A DNA stretch of 64,000 nucleotides from an uncultured virus (IMG/VR IMGVR_UViG_2061766007_000736) (IMGVR_UViG_2061766007_000736), one strand, 5' to 3'. Positions 11,772 through 23,314 are shown, counted from the stretch's first letter. Notes: a model not told the origin generated them from the sequence alone. Numbers and translations: made by a program.

Positions 11772-13194
11772 GTCACACCTCCGTTATACACAGGAAGAGT
11801 AACACTGGAAGTCTGTCCGTCCGTTCCTGTCAACGTGATGACATTACTGGATATTGAAAGATCATACTTTGTGTCCGAATCAGTACCACCACCAGAGATG
11901 GGCTGATTGGGCATCAGCATGGCATACAATTCTGAAGGAGTGCAGAAATCATAATCTGTTCCTCTAGTATACTGACCCAGCTTCTGCATGAGATAACTGT
12001 ACATCGTTGCAGAATCAGAAGCATCATGTGTAGTCACAATAGCAAATCCATGATTCACACATACCTCTTCCACAAGGTCATCAATTTGGGACTGTCCTAC
12101 ATATTCAAGAATCACTCTGTCTTTGAAATACGGATATGCGTATCCGAAAAGGTCACCGTATTCATAATACATAGTTGCCCACGAATCGATCCGCTTATCT
12201 CGTCCATAGATGTATCCTTCGCCACCAGCCTTAAAAATACCGTTCACCGTGAATCCGTATGCTTCAAGTTCTTTCTTGTTGCCACGGAAATACTTATTGA
12301 TAAAATCAAAATCATCTACGTTTATATTTGTGATCTGTTCCGCATTGTGGGAGACAACCTCGCCACCAGCCGCTACGCATAAGCGCATATAATCCAAATT
12401 GGTCTTGTATGGGTCATCTGTCACGCAAGCCTTTACCGCCTCTGGGATTGCCGCAATGTAATAAGGAATATTTGCATTGGTATACAGCGCATGTAGAGAC
12501 TTGGTCTGGTCACGCCTTAAATCGTCCGTACCCATGCAAATATATCCCTTTGTTAACGTTTTAGTCACAGGGGGAGCAGAATTGATATATGTTCTGTAAT
12601 TGGAGTACACATCCGCAAGAATTTCGAAATTGTCTTCTGCCACTTCTTTTTTCTGCAAATAATAAGTTTGGTCATTGTAGTACAGAACAGCCATGTATGC
12701 CCCATTTGAGGGAATTGTAAACTCCGTCCACTCATCTTGATATGTCCGTACATATGCTTCAATTTCAACCTTGCTGGAATCAAAAATGATGATTGACGGC
12801 ATCTCTGCATTCTTGCTGTCAAAATGGATGGGGGAGTTCTGATAACGGTATTCCTCTCCGGGTTTGACAGAAATCAGATTGGAATAAGGGGTACAAGATG
12901 TATTTGTTCTTGCTGCCTGCGATTCCCATATAGTTTCTGTAGAAGGAATCTGAGTGTACGCATAATCATTATCCGGGTCATAATAATACCCAGCTGCCCA
13001 GTCGGAATATACATCATACCATTCCGTTTCCAGTGTGGGATTGTTGCCACCTGAGCTGCTTTGTGCTGTGCCTGTTGTCTGTACGCCATTTGCGGCAAAG
13101 AAAACTTTGCCGCTGGCCACATCTTCTNNNNNNNNNNNNNNNNNNNNNNNNNNNNNNNCGTCCCATCTGATAAAGCGACTTTATTAGTTGCCAT
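11768..13194 (-). CDS. Adaptor-fused polysaccharide deacetylase (NodB-like) protein
   Basis: Start MATNKVALSDGT at 13194 joins ORF 11768..13120 across a short gap. Motifs CMGTDD, GGEVVSH and IVTTHD resemble the NodB/CE4 fold. Confidence 0.6.
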
Positions 13195-13206
13195 AAGTCA
13201 CCTCCA

Positions 13207-13791
13207 TTATCCAATAGTTGCAGTCTGTCCCCCTGCTGAGTTATCACTATAAGCAATAGGAATCGCCGCAACAGTAACTGCAGACAAGTAATCATAGCCA
13301 GTATCTGGCTGAATTGTTTGAGCACTCCAAGTAGGTGTTGCGGATTTGCTTTGTGCGGAAATCGCTTCCCCTCCATAAGTACCGGTAACACCTAGCATTG
13401 TAACTCCGGCTTTAATATTTCCTGCAATGATTTTTGCTTGTTCTGTTGCATCAATAGTAACAGCACCAGAACCATCATGATAACCTTGTGGGACTGTATA
13501 AGCACCGTTGACTGTAGAAATTACACCAGTCACAGCACCATTATTTGTCATTGTACCAGTAAGTTGAGCTCCGCGGGCATGTGCGGTTCTGCCTGCTAAA
13601 ATCTCAGCAACGGCGGCTGTATCGTTTGAAGTATCAGAATCGTATGTACATGTACCGGTGATTGGTGCGCCATCTTTACCGTGGGCGGTGACACCCTCAA
13701 GCAGGTCTGCCGCAGTAATAGTATCGCCAGTTAAATCAATAAGCACCCTACCGTCGCTCAAAGCTACTTTACTTACATATTCATTAGCCAT
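13207..13791 (-). CDS. Phage tail-associated protein
   Basis: LIDLTGDTITAADLLEGVTAH, YTVPQGYHDGSG and NIKAGVTMLGVTG repeats are typical of phage tail proteins. Confidence 0.7.
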   Translation of the reverse strand: MANEYVSKVALSDGRVLIDLTGDTITAADLLEGVTAHGKDGAPITGTCTYDSDTSNDTAAVAEILAGRTAHARGAQLTGTMTNNGAVTGVISTVNGAYTVPQGYHDGSGAVTIDATEQAKIIAGNIKAGVTMLGVTGTYGGEAISAQSKSATPTWSAQTIQPDTGYDYLSAVTVAAIPIAYSDNSAGGQTATIG

Positions 13792-14023
13792 AATTTATAT
13801 TTCCTCCTATATAGACGGTTCTACCGCCGCTTAAATTTGACACTGATTCAACTTTAATCGGATTAATTTTAATATTATCTGTTAAAAATTTATCTTTAGT
13901 TTTAAGAGTTTTTTCTTCAAAATCAGGGTCAACAATATATTCTTCAGTGTAAGGGTTTTGTCCCCCTTTTATTTTTACAACTGTTTGTCCGAGGGTTACT
14001 TTAACTTTTATATCTCTTGCCAT
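13784..14023 (-). CDS. Small hypothetical virion protein
   Basis: GAGG RBS, motif SNLSGGRTVYIG, overlaps the next gene. Confidence 0.65.
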   Translation of the reverse strand: MARDIKVKVTLGQTVVKIKGGQNPYTEEYIVDPDFEEKTLKTKDKFLTDNIKINPIKVESVSNLSGGRTVYIGGNINYG

Positions 14024-14025
14024 AA

Positions 14026-14448
14026 TTATAACACCTCATTATATTTAGTTCCTACCACTAAAGTTTCACCTAGGTANNNNNNNNNNNNNNNNNNNNNNNN
14101 NNNNNNNNNNNNNNNNNNNTGCGGAAAAAGCTAAAGTTTCCTATTGAGTAAAATGATAAGAAATTGTTTTATTTTTCACATCAACATCTAAATCATTAAG
14201 AAAAAGAAATTTTCTTCTTCCCCTATGAGTAATAGTAAGAACTGCTCTAGAAATTTCTGACACGGAAATTCCCGTGTCAGAAAAATCTAGAATGNNNNNN
14301 NNNNNNNNNNNNNNNNNNNNNNNNNNNNNNNNNNNNNNNNNNNNNNNNNNNNNNNNNNNNNNNNNNNNNNNNNNNNNNNNNNNNNNNNNNNNNNNNNNNA
14401 ATCGACGGGGATAGAAAGAGGTAATGTAAAAATTATGTATCTTCTCAT
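14026..14448 (-). CDS. Hypothetical BppU-like protein(s), gapped
   Basis: ATG 14448 after AAGGAG, internal FTQ*ETLAF (TAG), TAA 14026. Two N gaps, so it may be two genes. Confidence 0.4.
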
Positions 14449-14495
14449 AGGCTCTATCTCCTTATGTTGCTCGATTAAATCGACCTTTAGTCCGG

Positions 14496-15986
14496 TTATG
14501 AAGCCGTAATAACAATATTCCCAGTTACACGAGAAATAAATATTCTGCCAGTAGATGCATCATACACACTTGCAGTTACATCTTCGCCACCCATGGTAAC
14601 AGTCACAGAAGATGCACCTGTGATGGTGTTGTCATAATACATATAATACTGAATATCAACGGCATTGGACGTATGGGTTACTCCGTTGCCATATGTAGCA
14701 GTAATAGTTGCTGTAACAAGGTTTTCCCATCCCTCAACAGCAGTGTTGTCTGCATCCGGATGATATGTTAAACCTGCGACCCACCACGCAATCGCTTTTC
14801 CTTTTGCTTCTGCAAAGTATCCACCGGGATGCGTTCCATCATTCTCTGTAAAATCGGAAGTCGCCGTTTTTCGCACGTATTCATTACCATAATTCGTAGG
14901 ATTAAACGGTGTATCTCCATCAATAGCAAGGAAATGATGTCGATTGTACTCAGCAATTTTTTTCATCCCTTCATAGATATTTCTGTTGGGATATACAATG
15001 TTAGGAGAAGGAGGATTCTGTCCATATCCGCTTGTTGTTTTTCTGTCATACCTCACTGAATCAGGCATGAAAGCAATTACACAGTTTGGGTATTTGGCCT
15101 TTAAACACCTCACAAGATAATTGATTCTCGCCGCCCATGTATTAACAGCGTTTTCCCCATCCATTTGGTCAGCAGGATTAACGGCTTCTGCGGTTTGAGT
15201 ATTGCTGTCACCTTGAAGCAAAATAAGGTCAGCAGATGCAGGAAAATCATTAGCAACAAGGGATTTGATACCTGCCATTGTTGTTTGACCGTGGCAAAGA
15301 TTTCCACCGCTTACACCAAGATTGACGAAATTCATGCCCAGTGCCTGTGCTGTGTACTGCCCCCAGTTAACAGAGTCAACAAGGCTGTTACCATCTGTAA
15401 CCAGAGTTTTACCATTCCATTTTGTAAGATTCCATAACAAACCATTAAAAATTGAATCCAGCTTATTGTAAATATCCCTTCTGACAGTAAGCTGATTCAT
15501 ACGATTTTTGTTGGTATCTACCCAGTCCCTAGTAACATACGTTGTAGGGACTTTAATATATATCACGTGTTCGCTTGTCTTGTATCCAACAGCCATGTTA
15601 ATACGGATATATGCGGTGTTTGCAGGCAAAGATGTAACATTCTCAACATTCGCTGTAGTATATCCAGTTCCAACTCTTGAAAGGAATGTTTTACTGGAAT
15701 CATAAGCGCAAATATTAAATGAATAGTTAGCCCTATCTGTAAGAAATTTCACAGTGTCAGAATCACTTACAACAAGGTAATCAGATAGTGTCCATAAATT
15801 ATTTATTGACAAAACACCATTCGCATTAGCATATTGCCCATCTTCCCATACATCCTGATTTTTATAATCCACATCATCAGTAATTATTGTTTCGCTGATA
15901 TTTTCGGCAGGAATTGCAGTACCACCACCAGCCCCACCAATGTTATACTCTATACCATTTAATGTGATTTTTTCTAACTTTGACAT
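14496..15986 (-). CDS. SGNH hydrolase-domain virion-type protein
   Basis: DGNSL (block I), NLGVSG, QGDSN, DGTHP. C-terminal TVTMGGEDVT...VTGNIVITA Ig-like module. Confidence 0.75.
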   Translation of the reverse strand: MSKLEKITLNGIEYNIGGAGGGTAIPAENISETIITDDVDYKNQDVWEDGQYANANGVLSINNLWTLSDYLVVSDSDTVKFLTDRANYSFNICAYDSSKTFLSRVGTGYTTANVENVTSLPANTAYIRINMAVGYKTSEHVIYIKVPTTYVTRDWVDTNKNRMNQLTVRRDIYNKLDSIFNGLLWNLTKWNGKTLVTDGNSLVDSVNWGQYTAQALGMNFVNLGVSGGNLCHGQTTMAGIKSLVANDFPASADLILLQGDSNTQTAEAVNPADQMDGENAVNTWAARINYLVRCLKAKYPNCVIAFMPDSVRYDRKTTSGYGQNPPSPNIVYPNRNIYEGMKKIAEYNRHHFLAIDGDTPFNPTNYGNEYVRKTATSDFTENDGTHPGGYFAEAKGKAIAWWVAGLTYHPDADNTAVEGWENLVTATITATYGNGVTHTSNAVDIQYYMYYDNTITGASSVTVTMGGEDVTASVYDASTGRIFISRVTGNIVITAS

Positions 15987-16001
15987 ATTCTACTTCCTTT
16001 C

Positions 16002-16556
16002 TTACCATACGTACCAGTAATATGTGACATTTGCTCTCGGTGCATAAGTGAGTAGTAGAGTAAAAATCCCATTTGCATATGTGGCACTGCTGTTCGGTTT
16101 TCTTGTCCCACTGTAATTACTTGCCCCATATCTTTGTCCGATTTGATAGTAGTCATCGGAGGAATTATACATGACATTCATTGTGTTCCATGTATTATCT
16201 ATCCCAATATCGCTTTCTTTTGCATATACAACTAAATGTGACGGAGGAGCATCAAGCGAAATGCCAAAAGATTTAGTTGTTCCGTCACCCACTAATGTAC
16301 CACTTGTTCCACCGCTATCTGACGAAACATTTACTATTACAGTAGAAAAACCATCAAGTGAATCATTAGATGCAGAATATGTTCCATTTTCAGTAATGGT
16401 CTTTGTACCAAGGACAGGCGTGCTACCACCTCCACTTATATTCAGTATTGCATCTGCCATCTGAAATGGTTTATATGTTTCCTGCGAACCATTTTTAGAA
16501 CGGATAGCATTAGCAATAGCAGATAAAGAGGATTCGCTGACTAATACGTTTGCCAT
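16002..16556 (-). CDS. Modular tail-associated protein
   Basis: LSAIANAIRSKNG head and TKTITENGTYSASNDSLDG module. Confidence 0.7.
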   Translation of the reverse strand: MANVLVSESSLSAIANAIRSKNGSQETYKPFQMADAILNISGGGSTPVLGTKTITENGTYSASNDSLDGFSTVIVNVSSDSGGTSGTLVGDGTTKSFGISLDAPPSHLVVYAKESDIGIDNTWNTMNVMYNSSDDYYQIGQRYGASNYSGTRKPNSSATYANGIFTLLLTYAPRANVTYYWYVW

Positions 16557-17320
16557 TAGTAGCTCACCTCATTTCCATTCACAAGATTTGTGTTGATGAC
16601 CAAAGCTGTTTCATCAACATAAATTTCCGTATCACTATTTGACCCTCCACTTTGTGCCGCTTCATTTATAGCTGCAACAAGATTCGATTTATTTGTTGTA
16701 TTAAGCCCAGATAAATCACCTAAACGCTCATTTAATCCAGTAAGCGCGTCTCCTGTAGCCTTGGCATCAGCCGCTGCGCCAGTAACAGATAACGTGTCAT
16801 CTATTGGAGAATGTTCTTCTAACCATTCATTAACTGCCTATTTTATATTTTCAGTATATCCAGTCTAAGAACTATTTTCAACCATGGTTGCAAGTAAATT
16901 AGCTTCTGTACTAGTCATATGATAATCACCAACTACTTTTGCATCTGCCGCTTTTCCCTTAATACTTAAAGTATCATCAATTTCAACTAAATTATCTAAT
17001 GAAGGTAAAATTCTTTCTAACCAATCAGTTATATCACTAGAAACTATATTTTTTAACTATTCTAAATCAATTTTAGTATCTACATAATTTTGAAGATTTG
17101 TTATGCTATTATTTAACTAAGTTATACTAGCTTTCTTGTCAGATAACTAATCTATCTGTTGTTGAATATCGCCTTTTTTTGCAACTTTAACATTACCTAG
17201 TATATCTATTAAAGTATGAGAGCTATCCCATACTATATGCTCTGCAAATGTACTGACAGGTATTTCATCAGAATAGGTTCCGTTATTATATTTAATTTTT
17301 ATGGCGGTTAATTTATTCAT
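16556..17320 (-). CDS. Modular virion protein with DDTLS-GAAADAK repeats (TAG read-through; absent from ORF track)
   Basis: ATG 17320 to TAA 16556 is 255 codons with 5 TAGs, all upstream of the LNERL site at 16720-16736. Confidence 0.75.
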
Positions 17321-17594
17321 AATTTNNNNNNNNNNNNNNNNNNNNNNNNNNNNNNNNNNNNNNNNNNNNNNNNNNNNNNNNNNNNNNNNNNNNNNNNNNN
17401 NNNNNNNNNNNNNNNNNNNNNNNNNNNNNNNNNNNNNNNNNNNNNNNNNNNNNNNNNNNNNNNNNNNNNNNNNNNNNNNNNNNNNNNNNNNNNNNNNNNN
17501 NNNNNNNNNNNNNNNNNNNNNNNNNNNNNNNNNNNNNNNNNNNNNNNNNNNNNNNNNNNNNNNNNNNNNNNNNNNNNNNCAGTTAAATCGGCCT

Positions 17595-18530
17595 TTAGTT
17601 CAGCACAAACTGATATCGATAATACCACGCCTGCGATGCATCCCTTTTAGATAGTATCATATCATACTGCTCTGTCTCGGAGTTGTAAAGGAAACTGATT
17701 CCTTCCCACTCGCCGCCTTCATTAAGTGGTATTGTCATATAAACCGACTGACTAACCACATCAATGAACTGCACATACTTAGTTTTGTCCGAAAGAAGAC
17801 ATATCATTCCGTCGAAATAGGCGGTTGACTGTGTTTCGGGGACAAATGGAATTGTAAATGACGAAAGTAAATCATTTAACACATAAAACCCATCCGAGGG
17901 ATTAGGTGTATAACTGGCATCGGATAATTCTGTCAATGTAGACATATCCCACGCATCAATATAGGTGTACTCTGCTTCGCCATAATAAGTGCTCGTATAA
18001 ATGTGATATAAGACATTGTTCTCAAAATCAATGTTGATTCGGTCTGTGCCCGATACCCATGAATATGACGGGACTGCAAAAACTCTCTTACACTGATAGG
18101 ATGACGATGTTACCATGAATTCGAGTATGTACGAATATACAGCATCATTAACCGTATATCTGTTCCCCGTTGATATATATAGCAAAGGGTATTCCTGATC
18201 GTCTGTTTTGGTAGGCGCAAACTGGCCTGTGTCACCATGTCCAAGCTTGACCGAGCTCGCAGGATGAGTATAGTTTCCGTCAGACAGGGCTATTAAATAA
18301 ATATGACCAGTATAAAACTGTGCAATAGTCTGAGTAATGCTGTCACACGCAATGCCCTGTGTTCCTGCCGGCAGATCAAGCAGATACATAAGGGATTTTG
18401 TGTAATTCTGTGAAATAGGGTGACCACGGAATATTTCATTGCCGTTCTTATCATATGCAAAGATAAGAGGATTTCCATTTTTGTCGCACACTGTTGACAG
18501 GACATTTCCGTTTTTATCGTATACTGGCAT
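17595..18530 (-). CDS. Hypothetical protein, possible beta-propeller
   Basis: 311-aa ORF with YDKNGN head repeats and QGIA, LGHGD and EWEGI motifs. Confidence 0.65.
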   Translation of the reverse strand: MPVYDKNGNVLSTVCDKNGNPLIFAYDKNGNEIFRGHPISQNYTKSLMYLLDLPAGTQGIACDSITQTIAQFYTGHIYLIALSDGNYTHPASSVKLGHGDTGQFAPTKTDDQEYPLLYISTGNRYTVNDAVYSYILEFMVTSSSYQCKRVFAVPSYSWVSGTDRINIDFENNVLYHIYTSTYYGEAEYTYIDAWDMSTLTELSDASYTPNPSDGFYVLNDLLSSFTIPFVPETQSTAYFDGMICLLSDKTKYVQFIDVVSQSVYMTIPLNEGGEWEGISFLYNSETEQYDMILSKRDASQAWYYRYQFVLN

Positions 18531-19763
18531 TTACATCACCCCCGCATAGACCCTGACCTTCTTGACTACACTGTTGGCAGGAAGGAAAGCAATCCCAAGG
18601 TATTTACGATTATTGAGACCAGCGTAAGGGCTTGTATCTTCCATCAAAAGAACGCCGTCAGCATAAACTCGCCAGACATTATCTCCAAGCAGGTCGTATA
18701 CAAATTTAAGAGTCTTATTGTTGAACGCATCAAGGCTTACAGTATTGAAGTATTTTCTACTATTTCCTGCTGTTACGAATGCCCATGACGATGTATAGGT
18801 TCTGACTCCGCATACGGTTCCAAAAGTAGTCCCTGTGCCAAGGGCGATAGGCCAAGATGCAGTGTTTCCTACTCCAGTAAACGCACCAAATTCCACTTCC
18901 ACAGTAAACTGGCTTGTGCCGTATGCGCTTACATCGGTCAGTGAAATGTAATCAGTAGTAGCGCCGAAAGTGATGCCATTGGAATCTCTGGTGGCTCCAT
19001 TAACTACAGCTTCTAGTCCCTGTTTGGAGTCTGTAAGAGACTGAGTGAAGTCCCAACTATATATTGATGTATCATAGTGTGTTACCGTCACGCTAAAAGT
19101 ATCCGTAAATCCACCATATCTGACCGTGATAGTAGACGTTCCTACCGTAAGCGTCCCAGACAGAGTGTAGTCCGTGATAACTGCCGTACTGTTGTCATCG
19201 TATGCCCCTGTGACGACAAGGTCGGCCTTCAGGTCATCTAAATTTGCCGTATCGTAGACCGTGCCAGACTGCGTATAAGTCGCTGTAATTCCGGTCAGAG
19301 TGGCAAATCCGCTTACTGTTACATTACAGGTTGCCTTCTTTCCGCCACAGGAAGCCATAATCTTTGCCGTGCCGTTGCTCACGCCTGTCACAAGTCCTGT
19401 ACTGGATACCGTAGCCACGGCAGGATTTGAGGATGACCATGTTACAAGACCACCGACAGGGCTTGTTGTTGCTGTAAGTTGACTTGTTCCTTCCCCTGTA
19501 ATGCTTTCGGAAGATTTGTTGAGGGTAATATCAGTTATTTCGGTTGCCCATGACTGAAGCACCGCAACATCAGAAGCAAAACCTGCATCTGAAGAAAATG
19601 CGTTGCTATTGAGCAGTCTGTAAAGAGCCTGTCTGACTTCCGTGGGAACATTCGCACCAATGCCACCACCCTCTAACTCGGTTAAACGCTCATTTAATTC
19701 CGCATCATTCGCAGCGAGTTTATCAATAGTCGGCTTGAGCTGATTGTAAAGTTTACTACTCAT
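18531..19763 (-). CDS. Ig-like (Big_2) and LamG/concanavalin-like domain protein
   Basis: VTWSSSNPAVATVSSTGLVTGV (Big_2), a second Ig module and a C-terminal beta-sandwich. Confidence 0.75.
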   Translation of the reverse strand: MSSKLYNQLKPTIDKLAANDAELNERLTELEGGGIGANVPTEVRQALYRLLNSNAFSSDAGFASDVAVLQSWATEITDITLNKSSESITGEGTSQLTATTSPVGGLVTWSSSNPAVATVSSTGLVTGVSNGTAKIMASCGGKKATCNVTVSGFATLTGITATYTQSGTVYDTANLDDLKADLVVTGAYDDNSTAVITDYTLSGTLTVGTSTITVRYGGFTDTFSVTVTHYDTSIYSWDFTQSLTDSKQGLEAVVNGATRDSNGITFGATTDYISLTDVSAYGTSQFTVEVEFGAFTGVGNTASWPIALGTGTTFGTVCGVRTYTSSWAFVTAGNSRKYFNTVSLDAFNNKTLKFVYDLLGDNVWRVYADGVLLMEDTSPYAGLNNRKYLGIAFLPANSVVKKVRVYAGVM

Positions 19764-19777
19764 TTGATACCTCCTTT

Positions 19778-21943
19778 TTACGATATATACATGAAAGTAG
19801 TGCCGATCATAGTATTAGCAGATGCGGCCGGTATGCTGACCTGTAAACTTCCACCGGATGTCACCCTGGCACGAATCAAAGTCCCAGAGTTTGTCAACAG
19901 GTTCGCAGGAAGAGTCTGTCCTTTGCCGGCTTTTGGAGCTCCATAATAAATTGTTGCCCACCCGCTTGTTGCTGCAACACAGGTCCCTTCGATACGCACA
20001 AGGCACAAAGAACCATTCTTGATAACACGCACGTTCGTTCCTGTAAAATATTCTTCCCCGCCTTCGTATGGAGTTAGCTCTATAAGCTCTGGAGTCCAAT
20101 CGCTAAACGTCGCAACACCATCAGTAATGGTCACGTATCTGCGATACTCTGTATTACTGACGATAACGTTCATTCGTTGTAACCTATATAAGGTGGAACC
20201 GCTATCCGCACCTCGGGGATTTTCTACAACCAGTCTGAACGCGCTTGTGGTGGGGCAATTCGCAAGGGTCGCTACTGTATTGTTAAGAAGGCAATAATAC
20301 TCTCCAATCTCGGTGTAATCATTGAGATCCGAATTCTTATAGATTGGAATGCCTCCGCCCAAACTAGCATTTAATGACAAATCAAAGCATCCGCCAGTTT
20401 TCTGAAAAAGCGTCCCGCCTTTTGATTGTATCATGCTGGTTCCGCCCCCCGTGAACAGTAATTTAGCGCCCCTGTCGCAGTATTTCCGAATCGGAGATAC
20501 AAGCTTCTCCACAGTATTGTAGGAGTTCTTTAACGCTTGCTCTACAACAATGAACTGTGGAATTATTCTCGCCATCCAAGTGGAATCGACGAGACTGTTC
20601 GCACCGTGGTGCTCAACCTTATACACATCGCAACGTTCGATATACTGATAGTTTTTTGACTGCGCGAGCTCATGTATATCGCCACTTAAAACAAATATAG
20701 ATCCACAATGATTTAGCACAGAAATCATACTGAAATTATTGTATATCGTGAAATTTGTTGTGCCGCCTCGTCCATCGACGTAGCAATCGTAATATTCATC
20801 GTAATCGCCAATGTTGTAAAAGCTAATGGAGCTGTAGGGGGTGAGCGTTACGGTTTGTCCATTGTTCGGCTCGACGTATGTGAAGTTATTGTTAGTAAGG
20901 GTGTTTTTAACAGCGGTTTCTTTTGCCGACTGATTGTCGCTTCCGGTAAATCTTGACCAGTCTATGCCCTTATGCGGAAGATAGAAAACACATTCCGAAA
21001 AATCAATACCACCATTCACAAGGGTTCCTAGTGCCGTAGCAAAATTGGAAGTTATGTGGTCTGCATGATAATGTGAAATGATAACGAAATTGATTTTAGT
21101 AATGCTGTTTGTCGTGAGGAAAGAAAGCAGGTCCGGAACGCTAGGGTCGGTTCCAAAGTCAACGATGCCGTTTACATCACCATAAAAAACAGTACAATCG
21201 CCGAGGGAATTTCCAGATCCATTTCTAAGGTCGATCGCTGCCATGTTAAGAACTGAGTTTTTTGCAGCACTTCTAAGTGACGACTCAAGCTTCGCATCTG
21301 TAATACTACCATCCTGTACCGCTACAGCTTCCGGATGGTTGTCAAGCCACGACAAGATGCCATCACCAATGAAATCTCGTTCTTCATCGTCAGAAGCCTC
21401 CGCTAAAAAATTCACAGCTTCAGCATCCGTCATAATATAATCCCCAACAGCTTTAGCATCAGCCGCAGCGCCTTGTATACTTAAACTAGTATCTACCATT
21501 ATAGCACTACCAGTTTCAATAATATTTTCCTCTAACCAATCAGTAACATCACTACTAATTTGATTATTTACATTTTGAGTTAAATCTTCTATCTAATTAT
21601 TTATATTATTTATTCTATCATCTAACTAAGAAACAACAGGTTTTAATTGATTATATAATATACTACTCTTATCTCCTAGAATATCATCCTAATTTTTATC
21701 AATTGGCATGCTCATAATTAAAAGATCAGCCGCCTAAACATTAGTCATATGATAATCTCCGACCGCTTTTGCATCCGCGGCAGCCCCTTGAATACTTAGA
21801 GTGTCATCAATTATTGAAGATCCCCAATCAGTTTCAATATCAGCAAGTTCTTGTCTAACATCTTGTAACTATTCTTTTACATTATTTATTTTATTATCTA
21901 GCCTAGAAACAACAGGCTAAAGTTGATTATATAACTTGCTCAT
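19778..21943 (-). CDS. Metallo-beta-lactamase-fold (ComEC-like) virion-type protein with TAG-containing N-terminal repeats
   Basis: ATG 21943 is in frame with ORF 19778..21499 via TAGs (722 codons). Motifs SHYHADH, LSGD, EHHG. C-terminal DLNDYTEIGEY fibre-like module. Confidence 0.75.
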
Positions 21944-22050
21944 AATTTTATTTCCTTTATATTTAAAATNNNNNNNNNNNNNNNNNNNNNNNNNNNNNNN
22001 NNNNNNNNNNNNNNNNNNNNNNNNNNNNNNNNNNNNNNNNNNNNNNNNNN

Positions 22051-22287
22051 CACAAGTTCCTATTGTTCAACAGTAAGAGAAACATTGTAGGAAAACATCG
22101 CGGCGTGGGTGATTTCATGACAAAGCACCTTCTTAAAAAGGTCTCCAGTCAGCGTCTCATTTATATATATGGTTCTTGTCAAGTTATCACACGCACCTAT
22201 AGAATATTCCCCAGACCTCCGCCTAAGAAGAGGGAAGTCTGGGGAAACGAAAGCTAATTTCCAATATATATTATTGATTAAAAACAT
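22051..22287 (-). CDS. Small HExxH metallopeptidase-like protein (3' end in gap)
   Basis: VLCHEITHA motif. Reads through TAG (VEQ*ELV) into the gap. Confidence 0.7.
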
Positions 22288-22837
22288 TAAGAAATTTTAC
22301 TTGCCAACGTTGTCATTTTCTGACGTAAAGTTGACCTTTCTTCGGGAGACGCATCCTTAATCATTTCTGTAATGTCAGTGGAAAGTTCTTGAAGATATGC
22401 TTCTAATTCACGGAGTTGTGAATTAGTGTCTTTATGCATTTCTTTACCTTCCATATACATGCGGCGACGCATTGGACTCCTACCTTCACGCGGGTCTCTA
22501 GACATCATACCTGGCATTTCGGTATAGTAACTCATGCCACTACGCCCCATNNNNNNNNNNNNNNNNNNNNNNNNNNNNNNNNNNNNNNNNNNNNNNNNNN
22601 NNNNTTATAATATGGAGTTGTATAATAATTTATATTAGTTTCACCTTGATTTGTTTTTTCATCAGCTTTTTCCATTGATTCAGTGATAGTACAATAATAA
22701 ATAGCTTCTGCTAAATCCTTTATCATATCTACCGCTTCACCAAGTTCATGTGCATCCACTTTAGATATATCACCTAATTGTCCTTGCACACAGCTCATAA
22801 GCTGTTCTTTCATCATTTTTAAAGCATCTGTTGCCAT
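22287..22837 (-). CDS. Conserved hypothetical protein
   Basis: ORFs 22532..22837 and 22287..22550 join across a gap. Motifs ELGEAVDMIKDL and RDPREGRS. Confidence 0.7.
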
Positions 22838-22847
22838 TTTATCCTCC

Positions 22848-23309
22848 TTATGCCGTTCTTATCACTGATAACGAAGCTTTACGTCTAATTTGAATAGACG
22901 GAGTTGGCGTCGTGGCTGGATCATCTTCTGTCCCATCTACGTATGCGCCAGCTACAGTTAAACAGCATCCGCAAGGAACTGTTACAGAAGCTGTAGTACT
23001 AACATGCCAATACTCTTCAACTGCCGCAGGCGTTACAATCGCAACACTTTCTGGTATTACAACTCCATTAAGAGTAATTCCTAAAGCTATTGGAGTAACC
23101 GCCCCTCCAGTTGGAATTTGAATATTTCCCTGAAGAGTTACATCATATCTTGCAAAACGATTAGAAGTATTGCCATTTAAGTTAAGAATCCCAGGAGCAA
23201 TAGGAATAACATTTCCCTTATTACAAGGAATAGAAACACTGTCAAATGGAATTGTTCCATTTAATGTTACTACCGCATCTGCGGTTGTTACATAACTAGA
23301 CATAGGCAA
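22848..23309 (-). CDS. Conserved hypothetical beta-sandwich (BclA C-terminal-like) protein
   Basis: GGAGG RBS. GNIQIPTGG...VPCGCC, predicted all-beta. Confidence 0.65.
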   Translation of the reverse strand: MPMSSYVTTADAVVTLNGTIPFDSVSIPCNKGNVIPIAPGILNLNGNTSNRFARYDVTLQGNIQIPTGGAVTPIALGITLNGVVIPESVAIVTPAAVEEYWHVSTTASVTVPCGCCLTVAGAYVDGTEDDPATTPTPSIQIRRKASLSVIRTA

Positions 23310-23314
23310 CCTCC

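Noticed and set aside
19778..21499. Antibiotic-resistance metallo-beta-lactamase
   Set aside because: The motif set and fusion to virion-type modules fit a ComEC-like MBL-fold hydrolase, not a class B beta-lactamase.
9299..23121. Many short overlapping or antisense ORFs in the track (e.g. 9511, 11236, 12026, 15165, 20019, 22912)
   Set aside because: They are shadows of longer motif-bearing genes in GC-richer DNA, with no RBS or recognisable motifs.
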